64,000 nucleotides of DNA, taken from NCBI GenBank assembly GCA_973895155.1, contig OZ316891.1:6109708-6173707 (forward strand), written 5' to 3'. Both the position numbers and the translations under genes were made by a program. This DNA comes from Marsupella aquatica. Taxonomy: Eukaryota; Plantae; Marchantiophyta. The notes under the pieces are model-generated. The model was given only the letters and a program-made list of their open reading frames with translations, ran no database searches and had not been told where the DNA came from. Of the stretch, positions 1 to 9,834 are shown piece by piece. Within the stretch, counting starts at the first letter, position 1. Each line of letters opens with the position of its first letter.

Positions 1-1035
1 TTTCTTAGGTTTCTTACATGCCTTATTACATAAAGATAGAAGTGGAGGGGCAAACGACAGGCTCTGCTGTTCACAAGAATGATCCGACCACCGTGTTTAT
101 CTCATCATCAGTCTAAACGACGAAAGCTGATGGTGAACCTGGATCAGCTAACTAGTAGCCAAGGCTTTAAGAAGTTTGAATCGAGTTGGTGACAAACTGG
201 TAATATCAAATGAGATTCAGATTGGTTCGTTCTTATGTCATTGACTAACGTGCGTTCAATTGTGCGACTAATTACTCTTTGAAGAATGAGGCAATGAAGT
301 CGGCCATTGCAAAGACAGACCAACGCGGTCAAGTAGGAGCTTCGAGTAGGAAGCCCCAATAATAGTCTGGAGGAAAAAGACCCCCCTGGAGGTATCCATT
401 TGACGTGCTTGGACTTCATGAGTTCCACCAAACAAATCTACTGAGACCCCATGACTCGTATAGTCCTACTCTTTTGCTACCTGAGAGATCTAAGCTGTGG
501 ACTATTGAGCAGAAAGAAAGTAATTTACTACAACTCTCGAGTGTCGCTCAAATCGACCAACCGGATGGATTGAAATTGTGTCTCACGGTAATGTCGACAA
601 AGGCTGTAAAAGAAACAGTTCAACTCTAAAGACACCCGCGCCTGAACTACAAACTTCTACAGTAGCATTTTGTAGGAGCAAATAATTATGCGCTCACCTC
701 ATAAAGTGGGTAGACCATGTCTGGAAATCTACGTTCCAAATAAATAGACCATCGAAGGAGTAATCTTCAGTGATATAGACTAACTAACTGGGAGCTGTAA
801 TTGCGGGAAAAACTTAGACTTCGACACCGCAAAAAAAGGCTTCACAACTACAAGCTTGACTTCAACACAGCACAAATAGGCTTCAAATGAGTTTTCACAT
901 ACCCCTGTTTCCGAGATAAATCCGTAGGCCCCAAACTATCGAACTAGCTCATGACGTAGCTCAGACAGCAACCAGGTCGGTGGCTGACGGCGAAGACGAA
1001 ACACCCACTGAGTGACATGGAAGGTCTGGAGTTGG

Positions 1036-1540
1036 TCACCCCACGAGGTAGACTTCACAGGGCATGACGGTCTTTCGGAGTCGCGGTCCAGGAGAGATCA
1101 TCAAGCCTACCTTGGGGATGAACCTTTCATTTTCTTCAAGGTCCACAATCGTCGTCATGTAATTTGAATCCACATCGGCACCACGCTCAACACTGAAGAT
1201 AGAGGCAGGTGGTTCGAAAGAGAAGGCGAGCTTGTGCAATAGCCAAGCACTTCCTGCGGCATCCCTAAAAGTTGAAGCCAGTTTAGGACCACCAAGTTTT
1301 CCAACCCATTCGACTGTTATATTTTTCATCCTTTTACAGAGAAGAGGAACCTTTGCCTCACAGAACTCTTGAAATTGTGGATCCTCGATGTCGCCCGCGG
1401 AATTCTACTCTAGTTCGCGGAGATAGAATTTGTAAAACCTTTCCTTCCGAACGTCGGGGTTTAGAAACCTTGAAACACCAGATATGGTGTTGAAACTCTC
1501 GTTCTCAAAACCTTGAAAGAAAATGTCATTCACGGCCGAA
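1036..1540 (-). pseudogene. 3' fragment of a GIL1/IRKI-C-terminal-domain gene, paralog of 2491..4107
   Basis: ORF 1036..1329 ends WLLHKLAFSFEPPASIFSVERGADVDSNYM...KVGLMISPGPRLRKTVMPCEVYL, near-identical to the C-terminus of the 542-aa ORF. DNA similarity to about 2510-3030 continues to about 1540 and then stops; the 5' part is missing. Confidence 0.85.
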
Positions 1541-1541
1541 T

Positions 1542-1746
1542 TGTTAGGGTTGATGACATTTATTTAGGATTCCTGACCTTCGTTACATTTGTAGGCTAAC
1601 GTAGATTGGATAGATGTTTTTGTAACACATTACATGTTGCAATAAAGTCCAGCTTCTTGCTGCTGTAGTCTGGCCAGCTATCGATGATTCTAGCTATTGC
1701 AGTAGATAGATAGGCCCTGTTATAAACCGTTGAAATCCTGATAACG
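1542..1746. mobile_element. possible short solo LTR at the breakpoint of the GIL1-like fragment
   Basis: Starts TGTTAG and ends ATAACG (a degenerate TAACA), is flanked by GAAT/GAAT and contains AATAAA. It begins exactly where paralog similarity stops. Confidence 0.35.
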
Positions 1747-1869
1747 GAATGTCCCGTATCGTGCTACAGAAGGGCTCAAAGGTTCATTTGGACAACCAGT
1801 ACGTCTAGATTTTGCAACCGTGTTCCCGCTGAGGCACAGCTTAAAACGAAATTATTCCAATTTGTCTGC

Positions 1870-2113
1870 GAATTTGACGGATCCACCAGATGGGGAAGTG
1901 AGGAAAAACCGTGCTGCTAACACACAAGATTTGAAATCTCCGAAGAAGCCAATGAAAGCGAAACCAAGCATGCTGGAGGAGGCCAAAATCATCGTCGGCA
2001 TCGACTTTGGGACCACTTTTTCAGGATTTGCTTCTGCTGCGAAGGATGAGCCGGAGAAAATTTTCACATGTTATGATTGGCCTTGCCAGGCAGCAGCAGG
2101 GGTGAAACTATAA
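1870..2113 (+). pseudogene. 5' fragment of an HSPA12-type Hsp70
   Basis: Encodes IIVGIDFGTTFSGFASA..PEKIFTCYDWPCQA, matching the N-terminus of the 6183..8138 protein. Upstream DNA also aligns with about 6217-6300. The frame stops at 2113. Confidence 0.85.
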
Positions 2114-2490
2114 ATTAGATTCTTACCACAATATTTATTTCTATGAGTATCGTTAATCTTACCTATGTCAATCGAAAACGTGAATTGAAGTTTTAAAAGC
2201 CATCCTGGAAGTATTTATCTAAGTTGTTTCGAGAATGGCGACGTCCACAAAGTGCGTCAGGAGAGAGTCAATGTCACCATACAAATATTTTGGATAAAAT
2301 GAGCAGAAGGACTTCAATCGGGTGATCTGTATCGTTGGAACTGAAGTCGGCCGAATCGAAAACTCGTCAAGTTGGGTCAAAGAAACCATTCGAGTCACGA
2401 GAACTGCAAGTGACAGACTACTGTATTTCCTTACCTGCAACTGCTGAATCCCTACAACTTGGAAAGGATTTGTCCTTCACAATCAAGATT

Positions 2491-4107
2491 CTAGTCTGAA
2501 GTTGGAGTTTCTCCTGCGAGATACACTTCACACCGCATCACGGTTTTCCGAAGACGCAGTCCAGGAGAAATCATGAAGCCTACCTTGGGGACGAACCGTT
2601 CGTCATCTTCAAGACTTACTACAGTGTCCATGTAATTTGGATCAACATCAGCACCGTCCTCAACCCTGAAGATAGAGGCAGGTGGCTCGAAAGAGAAGGC
2701 TAGCTTGTGCAGCAGCCACACAGTTCTTGCAGCTGCTCTAAAACTTAAGACCAGAGAGTTGTCACCGATTTCTTGACGACACCCGACTCCGATACTTTCC
2801 CTATCGTCTTTAAAATAACGTCCCCAGAGAGAATTACTTTTCTTGTCGTAGAACTCTTCAAATTGAGGATCATCACTGTCACCTGCGCGGCCTTTCTTTC
2901 GTTCGCGGAGATAGTATTCGTAGAACTTTTCTTGACGAAGGTTGGGGTCTAGATACCTTGACGCACCGAACAAGGTGTTGAAACTCTCATTCTCAAAGCC
3001 TTCGAAAAGTACATCAAATACGACAGATTTGATATGGTAACTTACATGATTTGGTCTCGCGAAAAAAACATCTGGGCTATGGGAATCCTTTCTGATTAAT
3101 TTCACAACCTCGACGAACTCCTTTTGGAACCTTGTAATTGCATTTTTGGTGATACACACAGCAGCATGAAGGAGGAGAGGTGTACCAGATGCATCGGAGT
3201 ATGATCCACAAAGAGCATTAAGCTGTTCGTGCCCATATTCTGCTCCTGTGTCAGATATTGACATAGTCAACCCATGCTCGTAAGAAATTTTATGCAGCTC
3301 CAAGTTCTGTAATTGATTACATCTTTCCAGCGACAGAATTTTACTCTGCTTCTGCTTGATTTCCTCGCTGAAGAGATGTTGCGATTCTTGTAAGGATTTG
3401 TTTGTAGCTTCGTTTTGTTCCTCAAGTGCCTGATTTTCAGCTAACAGATCCTGAAAGTCTTGCTTGACCACTGCATTTTCATTCTGTAATGCTACTAGAT
3501 TTTCCCAATGCGGTAAGGCGTACTCGGGTTTCAAGTTGGCCAATTGAACTTGATGTCCCATTGCTACGAAATTGAGATGTTCCTCCAATCGCCTGAGGAG
3601 CAGAGTGACTCTAGCAGGATATTTCATATCTTGACTGACTAAAATCTCCTTAGCCCATCGAAGTACCGTTTGTGGAGGAGTTAAGTCGTGAGATCCACAA
3701 CTCGAGACTGCTTGAAGAGACTCGAAGAAAGCTGTTTGTTGGCTGCATTTATCAGCTTCCAAGGCACGTGCTCGGGTCGACTGACCAGTGTTTACTTCAG
3801 AGATAGGACACTTTTGAAGAGGAGAACATCCTGTTGTTTGATCCTTCCCCTGATGACATTGAAACATACCATCTTCTGGAGGTGGTTGGGACGAATGGCC
3901 AGAGTAATGAATCTTTGGCAGATTAGTCTTTACTGTAGAAGTGCGAACCTTTCGTGGAGTAGCACCACCTTGATTTTGATTCTTGCCTTGTTGGTTGGAT
4001 GACCCTGTCGACCGGGTGTCAGGCAGTGAGGCGTACTTCTCATCGCCATCAGATCCCGGAGGGCATTTTTTAGGTCGACCTCGAGCCCGCGTCCGTAATC
4101 TAGACAT
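2491..4107 (-). CDS. coiled-coil protein with C-terminal GIL1/IRKI-like domain (intronless)
   Basis: Uninterrupted ORF (first ATG at 4107; the track starts at GTG 4119). It has a basic, disordered N-terminus (RARGRPKK), a heptad-rich middle (LQNENAVVKQDFQDLLAENQALEEQNE) and a C-terminus with FEGFENESF...AARTVWLLHKLAFSFEPPASIFRV...VGFMISPGLRLRKTVMRCEVYL, typical of plant GIL1/IRKI proteins. Confidence 0.8.
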   Translation of the reverse strand: MSRLRTRARGRPKKCPPGSDGDEKYASLPDTRSTGSSNQQGKNQNQGGATPRKVRTSTVKTNLPKIHYSGHSSQPPPEDGMFQCHQGKDQTTGCSPLQKCPISEVNTGQSTRARALEADKCSQQTAFFESLQAVSSCGSHDLTPPQTVLRWAKEILVSQDMKYPARVTLLLRRLEEHLNFVAMGHQVQLANLKPEYALPHWENLVALQNENAVVKQDFQDLLAENQALEEQNEATNKSLQESQHLFSEEIKQKQSKILSLERCNQLQNLELHKISYEHGLTMSISDTGAEYGHEQLNALCGSYSDASGTPLLLHAAVCITKNAITRFQKEFVEVVKLIRKDSHSPDVFFARPNHVSYHIKSVVFDVLFEGFENESFNTLFGASRYLDPNLRQEKFYEYYLRERKKGRAGDSDDPQFEEFYDKKSNSLWGRYFKDDRESIGVGCRQEIGDNSLVLSFRAAARTVWLLHKLAFSFEPPASIFRVEDGADVDPNYMDTVVSLEDDERFVPKVGFMISPGLRLRKTVMRCEVYLAGETPTSD

Positions 4108-6013
4108 CGTGGGTGACACGGAAGGCCTTTCCAGATCTTTTGAGATTTGACGATAGCTGAACCGTTAGCGCTTTGTGCAGCAGTTACAACATGAGAGTGT
4201 TTCTGTACAAGCAACTGCATAATCGAGAACACATGAGTCTATCTCAGAAACCACCAGATCTATCGATAGACTACTTCGACATGAGACGAGCATGTTTTTC
4301 AACACCTACATCGATCTATCGCCGCATCTATCTAGTTAAGTGTACTCCTGGAGTTCCACTCTATTCAGAATCTTCTATTGGTAACATATAATTTTCTGAT
4401 CCAAGAGAAAAGACCCAACTGCCATTGAGAGAAAATTCGAAGCATTTGGGAGATTCACAATCAATTTTAGGAAACCTGAAGGTCGAGATGGTTAACACGT
4501 ACCTTTTTGCTGACCCTTAAAGACTCGGGAGAGAACATACTAGCATCCCTTCCCGGATCATTGCTCAACTGCGAATCCTTCGTCGAGGCACAGCCTGGAC
4601 AGCTCTGGATAAGGGGGACACGATGTAACCGACTCCATCAGAGATGTCCCGTTGGGCATCGACTATGTAATGCGCATTAAGTCCATGTAAGGTACACTGC
4701 TCAAATCCTCCCAGGGATGCTGGTGAAGATGGACAACGCTTTGCGCAGGAATGAAGCTCATACAAATTGGGGAGTACTCCAGAATAACACGACCCAGTTC
4801 TAGGTGTTTAGTTTGCACTGTCTTACGTATGGTTGTATTTTCGGGACTTTCAGTTTCAGAAATGTTATGCACTATGCTTCACTACAGTAGTTCAGTTCCC
4901 TTCCAAATTGCGACACGACCTCGGGTCTAAATTGTAAGGTACGGTATCTCTTCAGCTATATTTGAAAGAGTGAAGCTAGGATTTAATTCAAATCTCCGCA
5001 ATAAGGAGCTTCTTCGTTGCGATTTCCCCCCTGACAGCGAATTATAAGATATGCCAGAATCCATCCCTGGCAAATCATGACAATGGCACGGTCCATAATT
5101 TCTATTCTGTTCCGTCGTCACTTCGTTTACCTGAATTATTAGGTCGTTAAGACCACCATTGTTTCATCCATGATCAAGGTAGACGGGCGACACGAGGTGT
5201 GGCTACTTGTCTTTGGACGGACAACGAGTGTACTTAGTTCCTGGGAGATTCCTGTACTTCCAACTGCCAGCAGACCTGTGAGAGCACTGATAGCCACATC
5301 AATAGCTTATCTGATTTTCTGGACAGCCGACGCAAAGAATGATTGTAAAGACTGGAGATTGGAGAATAACATCATGATTGTACCACGGTCGGTACTGTAA
5401 GTACGGTAGGCAAAGGATGATTCAACGCTGGAGGTGGGATAACAACGTCATGTCCGAGTGGGCGTGCCTGAGTGCTTTTGCTCTCGCTGAATAATAAAAA
5501 GTACCTTGGCAACGAAAAGTGAATGAAGGTACTGTACGTAAGGTGGACGAAGGGAGATCGAATGAGAGCAACAACATCTCGCCAGCATGCCGCAATTCCA
5601 ATGTCGTACTCAACCTTCACCTCCACCTCAACTCTGAGTCTCTGAGGCTGAACCACGTACTAGTGCGCCTAGCCCAGAGAGAACACCTAATCCTCGCCAT
5701 CCCCGAGAGTTTCATACTATGACCACAAAGGGGAGGTGGATCCAGCGGAGATTTTATAGTTCAGGACAACATTTTCGCCCTTGCTGTTGATCTGCGAGAC
5801 TGTAGGAAGGTAAGGTCACGGCCAAGATTCCGAGTCAGAGTAGTGAGCCAAACCTTCAGCTGACGTTTATTTCTACTCCGACCTAAGGATCCTGACAAAC
5901 AAGAGCAACTGTCATTCGCAAACAAGTTGAGCGGCATGTTGATGATCCGCGTATGACGTATTTGCACTTCCACACTTGGTAACATATACTCAGACCTCGC
6001 AAGTCTCTGAATT

Positions 6014-6180
6014 AGAGATTTGACATATTATTGTTGCGAATTGTGGCTATAGGTGGCCTTGGAGAAATACTGGCACCAGCAGTCGAAAGATTGACAAATC
6101 TCTCCAATCGATTGTGGCTATAGGTGGCCTTGGAGACATTGACATCAGCAGTAAGATTAAGATTGACAAATCTCTTCAAT
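6014..6180 (+). repeat. about 70-bp tandem repeat (2+ units) immediately upstream of the Hsp70 start
   Basis: ATTGTGGCTATAGGTGGCCTTGGAGA...AGATTGACAAATCTCT occurs at about 6040 and about 6111. Confidence 0.8.
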
Positions 6181-6182
6181 TG

Positions 6183-8138
6183 ATGATGGCGACCTGCAAG
6201 CAAGGAAAGCCTAAGTTGGCGGATCCACTGTCGGACGACTGTTCATTTGAAAGCGTAGTGAGGGAAAAACGTGCTTCAAACACAGTACTTTTGATGTCTG
6301 CAAACAAGCGAAAACTGAAGGCGAACCAAATCAAGCTGGAGGATGCCGCGGTCGTAGTTGGCATCGACTTCGGTACCACCTATTCAGGGTTCGCTTATGC
6401 TAGAAAGGCAGACCCGGAGAAAATTTTCACGTTTTACGACTGGCCCGGCCAAGCACCAGCGGGAGCGAAGCCATATTGTAAGACACAAACTAGTCTTTGG
6501 TATTGGCGATCAGATTGCTTCAAGGATTTCGACCTCAGAGATTGGGGATGGCCTGCACATGTGAACCACAGGAAGGCCTTGCAAGCGAAAAGCACGTACA
6601 TGAAAGGCACAGAAAGCTACTCCGTCCTTGCGAGGCGACCTGTCCCTCTAACGGATTGTGGTCACTTCTTGACAAAATTTAAGCTGCAGCTCGCCGCCGT
6701 TGGATCAAGTTCTGGTTCGCAATTGAAGGGAGAAAAGCTACCAGAAGGGCTTTCAGCTGAACGGATGGTGACTGATTATTTGAAGGGGCTGTCTGTTTTC
6801 ATCATGGCCGAGTTGGAGAAGTTTGACTGCTCCATCCTGAAAAAGGACGTCCAATGGTGCTTGACTGTCCCTACAATTTGGACAGATACATCGAAGCAGG
6901 CCATGGTCAAATGCGCTCAAATGGCTGGCCTTATACATGGGCTTCATTGTCGAGATGAGAGTGCCAGCCTGCACCCGATTGTGATTGTCTTGGAGCCGGA
7001 AGCTGCTAGCGTGTACTGTCTACAGAAGTTGAAAAATACAGTTCATGATCTCAAAATGGGAAGCAAGTTCCTCATTGTGGATGCAGGAGGAGGTACGGTA
7101 GATTTGGTAGTGCATGAGAAACTCGACAACTCTGGTCTGAGAGTGAAGGAAGTGACCTGCAGTACAGGAGATCTATGCGGCGGTACTTTTGTTGACCAAG
7201 CATTCATGAAGTATCTTGGTCGAAAAATAGGTTGTTTCGATCGATTCTCTGCAGAATATCCCGCCACTGTGCTCACAATCCATGGCTATTGGGAGAGCTT
7301 CAAATGTGGTTTCGATGGCCAGCAAGAGTTCGATCTAGAACTTCCTGCAAAGCTCGCTGATGCTTGGGAGACCCACGATAGGGGATGTGGGTTCTGGACT
7401 GCAGACAGACAGTACGACGCATTTGTGATTAAGACTGCAGAGATCAGGGGTATTTTTGATGGCGAGGTGAGGAAGATATTCAATCTAATCGGAGATCAGC
7501 TGGCGCAAGTTCCAGAGATAGAGGCTGTCATGGTCGTGGGTGGTTTCTCAAATTCACCCTATCTCATGAAGAGAATCCGTCAGTTTTGTTCCCACAAGGT
7601 GAAACATATCTTAAGTCCTCCAGACCCCGGCAGCGCTGTATGTCAAGGAGCAGTTGCGTTTGGAGTTCTGGGCGCTGACATCATGATGTCCAGAAAGTCT
7701 AGAAAAACTTACGGGATACGTATGTACCGCACATTCCAGAAAGGTGATCGCCGCGGTTCTTTTGAATTAGATGACAATGGCGAGGCCCTTTGTAAAGATT
7801 CGTTTTGTGTTTTCACTCGTATAGGGGATGATGTTCCTGTCGACCATTGTGTGCCCCATCAATTCGTGCCGGTGAACAAAGGTGAAGCAAGTATTAAGTT
7901 CACCATGTATTCAACGAACGATCCTGAACCCGAGTTCATCACAGATAAGGGGGTCGTGAAGGTGGGTTCCTGGACTTACAGTCTTCCTCCCAAGGCCAGG
8001 AGGATGAAAGAGAAGCCCCAAGTAGAGGTCACGATGTATTTTGGGCGAACGCACATCGAGGTGTCAGCACAACCCCTGAACTTCCATGGTGGTAAAAAGT
8101 CCATGTTTTCTGTATTGTTTGAAAGGGATCCTCTTTAA
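6183..8138 (+). CDS. atypical Hsp70 (HSPA12-like actin-fold ATPase), intronless
   Basis: Motifs: VVGIDFGTTYSGFAY (phosphate 1), WCLTVPTIW, LEPEAAS, FLIVDAGGGTVDL (phosphate 2), CGGTFVD, VVGGFSNSPYL (adenosine), SRKTYG. It has no helical lid and no EEVD tail. First ATG at 6183; the track ORF starts at GTG 6114. Confidence 0.92.
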   Translation: MMATCKQGKPKLADPLSDDCSFESVVREKRASNTVLLMSANKRKLKANQIKLEDAAVVVGIDFGTTYSGFAYARKADPEKIFTFYDWPGQAPAGAKPYCKTQTSLWYWRSDCFKDFDLRDWGWPAHVNHRKALQAKSTYMKGTESYSVLARRPVPLTDCGHFLTKFKLQLAAVGSSSGSQLKGEKLPEGLSAERMVTDYLKGLSVFIMAELEKFDCSILKKDVQWCLTVPTIWTDTSKQAMVKCAQMAGLIHGLHCRDESASLHPIVIVLEPEAASVYCLQKLKNTVHDLKMGSKFLIVDAGGGTVDLVVHEKLDNSGLRVKEVTCSTGDLCGGTFVDQAFMKYLGRKIGCFDRFSAEYPATVLTIHGYWESFKCGFDGQQEFDLELPAKLADAWETHDRGCGFWTADRQYDAFVIKTAEIRGIFDGEVRKIFNLIGDQLAQVPEIEAVMVVGGFSNSPYLMKRIRQFCSHKVKHILSPPDPGSAVCQGAVAFGVLGADIMMSRKSRKTYGIRMYRTFQKGDRRGSFELDDNGEALCKDSFCVFTRIGDDVPVDHCVPHQFVPVNKGEASIKFTMYSTNDPEPEFITDKGVVKVGSWTYSLPPKARRMKEKPQVEVTMYFGRTHIEVSAQPLNFHGGKKSMFSVLFERDPL

Positions 8139-9834
8139 TCTTTTTGAAATTCTCGATCTTCGAACAATTTTTGGGAAACATACTCGTTCCTTAGAACTAA
8201 ATATAGCTTGTTGATTTGGTGTTCTAAATGAATCAATTTCTGGGAACTTGATAGATGACATTGTTGCAGTTCAGCGTTGCCTAAGTACGTTCAGCATTGT
8301 GAGGCGCAGCCTGGTTTTGTGCAAGGTTAAAACTATATAATATTTTATAAGAGAAATGTTTTTCGAAATCCTCTGTTTGCATGTCGAGTTCAAGATTATA
8401 GGTTTTCTTCGCCACCTGAGTCCCACCCGATTAGAAGATCTAGAAGTCAATAAAGCTGAGGTTCAACCAGCACCTAGGTAGCCGACCTCTTCGAGCTTAG
8501 AGTCCTTTTTCCTTCCTTTAAACAGCGACGAATCCGCGCAATTGTTTTCCTCCTTAAAACCTTCAATCCTTTTAATTTCATCAACTCTTCCCTTCTTTAG
8601 ACTGGTTCAAAGTCTGGCGACCGGCCAGCGCTAGAACCAACAGACAAACGGCCAGGTTTTGCAAGGTGGACAAGCTGGTAGACTTCGGAACTCGACGTTT
8701 CTCCGAAGGGGATACTGATCCTCAAGTTTTCAAATGTCTTCTCATTACCCTCAAAAACTAGCTCTAAGAACGCAACATTTTCTGCTAAAAGTTTTTCAAT
8801 AAAAAGAATCAACAAGTTGGTTGTTTCGCTACGCTATTTCTGGTGTTCAAAGTTCCGTCACCTGAACTCACCCAAAATTACCTGAATCTCTCAAGCTTCA
8901 TTTCCTTACTCACCACACATGGTGAGGTAGGTCCGCACAAGGAAATCAGCCAGCCTTGGGCTCACTGGCCAGCTTGATCTTAGTTATCCCACAACTTAAA
9001 TATTGCTTGTCAGAAGTAACACTTTAACAAATGCTATCTGCAGGGGGTTAGCTCGAAACGGAGGAAGAAATTGAGCCCTTGTCAGATATCTATGCAAACG
9101 CCGTATGCTTCTTTCTTCAGAAGGGCGTTTATGAATACTTCTAGACATCCATAACCTGGAATTGACGAAATCTGTCCAGCTAATGCTTTCATAGTATTCT
9201 TAAATCATGGGGTGTGATCTGTGAAAAATTCATCGAGAAAGCTAGCTAGTGGTCCTCAAGTTGAGCACCTCTCTACTCTAAGAACGTGAAGGCCATACGA
9301 AAAGTGAATCTAAACCTTATGCTAGCTTTAGCTTTAGGTTTTGAAGTAGGATAGATCGGTTCGGAAAAGTCTCCATGACAACTCGACGGTTGATGTGGAG
9401 CCAAGTCTAATGTGGTGTACAACCAAAGCAACTGACCTGTCAGATGCAATACCTTCTATGTAGCTGACTTCATTCAAAGGTCGTCTTTAATGATTCGAGT
9501 TAACGCACGAGATACTGTGCATATGTGGCCAGCATGAGAGCCTGGCTAAGTCAAGTTTCAATCATCTAACAATGAATTGTGCACTGTAAATTGGAACTAT
9601 GATAATTGCTCTTAAAAAAACGGACTTTATCAGTCTGGCATGATCAAACTTGATCAGCGCCGTGCCACAGTCAACTTGTAGGAGCACTCTGCCAATTCAA
9701 AAAGATCCAACAACCTGCAGCCCATGGCTAGAACACAGAGTCTATACTTATTCTGGAGCTTGATCTAATGGGCAGGACAAGGATTGACCAGAAGCAGAAA
9801 TAAAAACCACAGCTGCAATTAATCAAGTTGTCTG

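Noticed and set aside
6183-8138. Bacterial contamination or a dnaK operon
   Set aside because: The protein is HSPA12-like rather than DnaK, and it is contiguous with a spliced plant STP gene and plant transposons.
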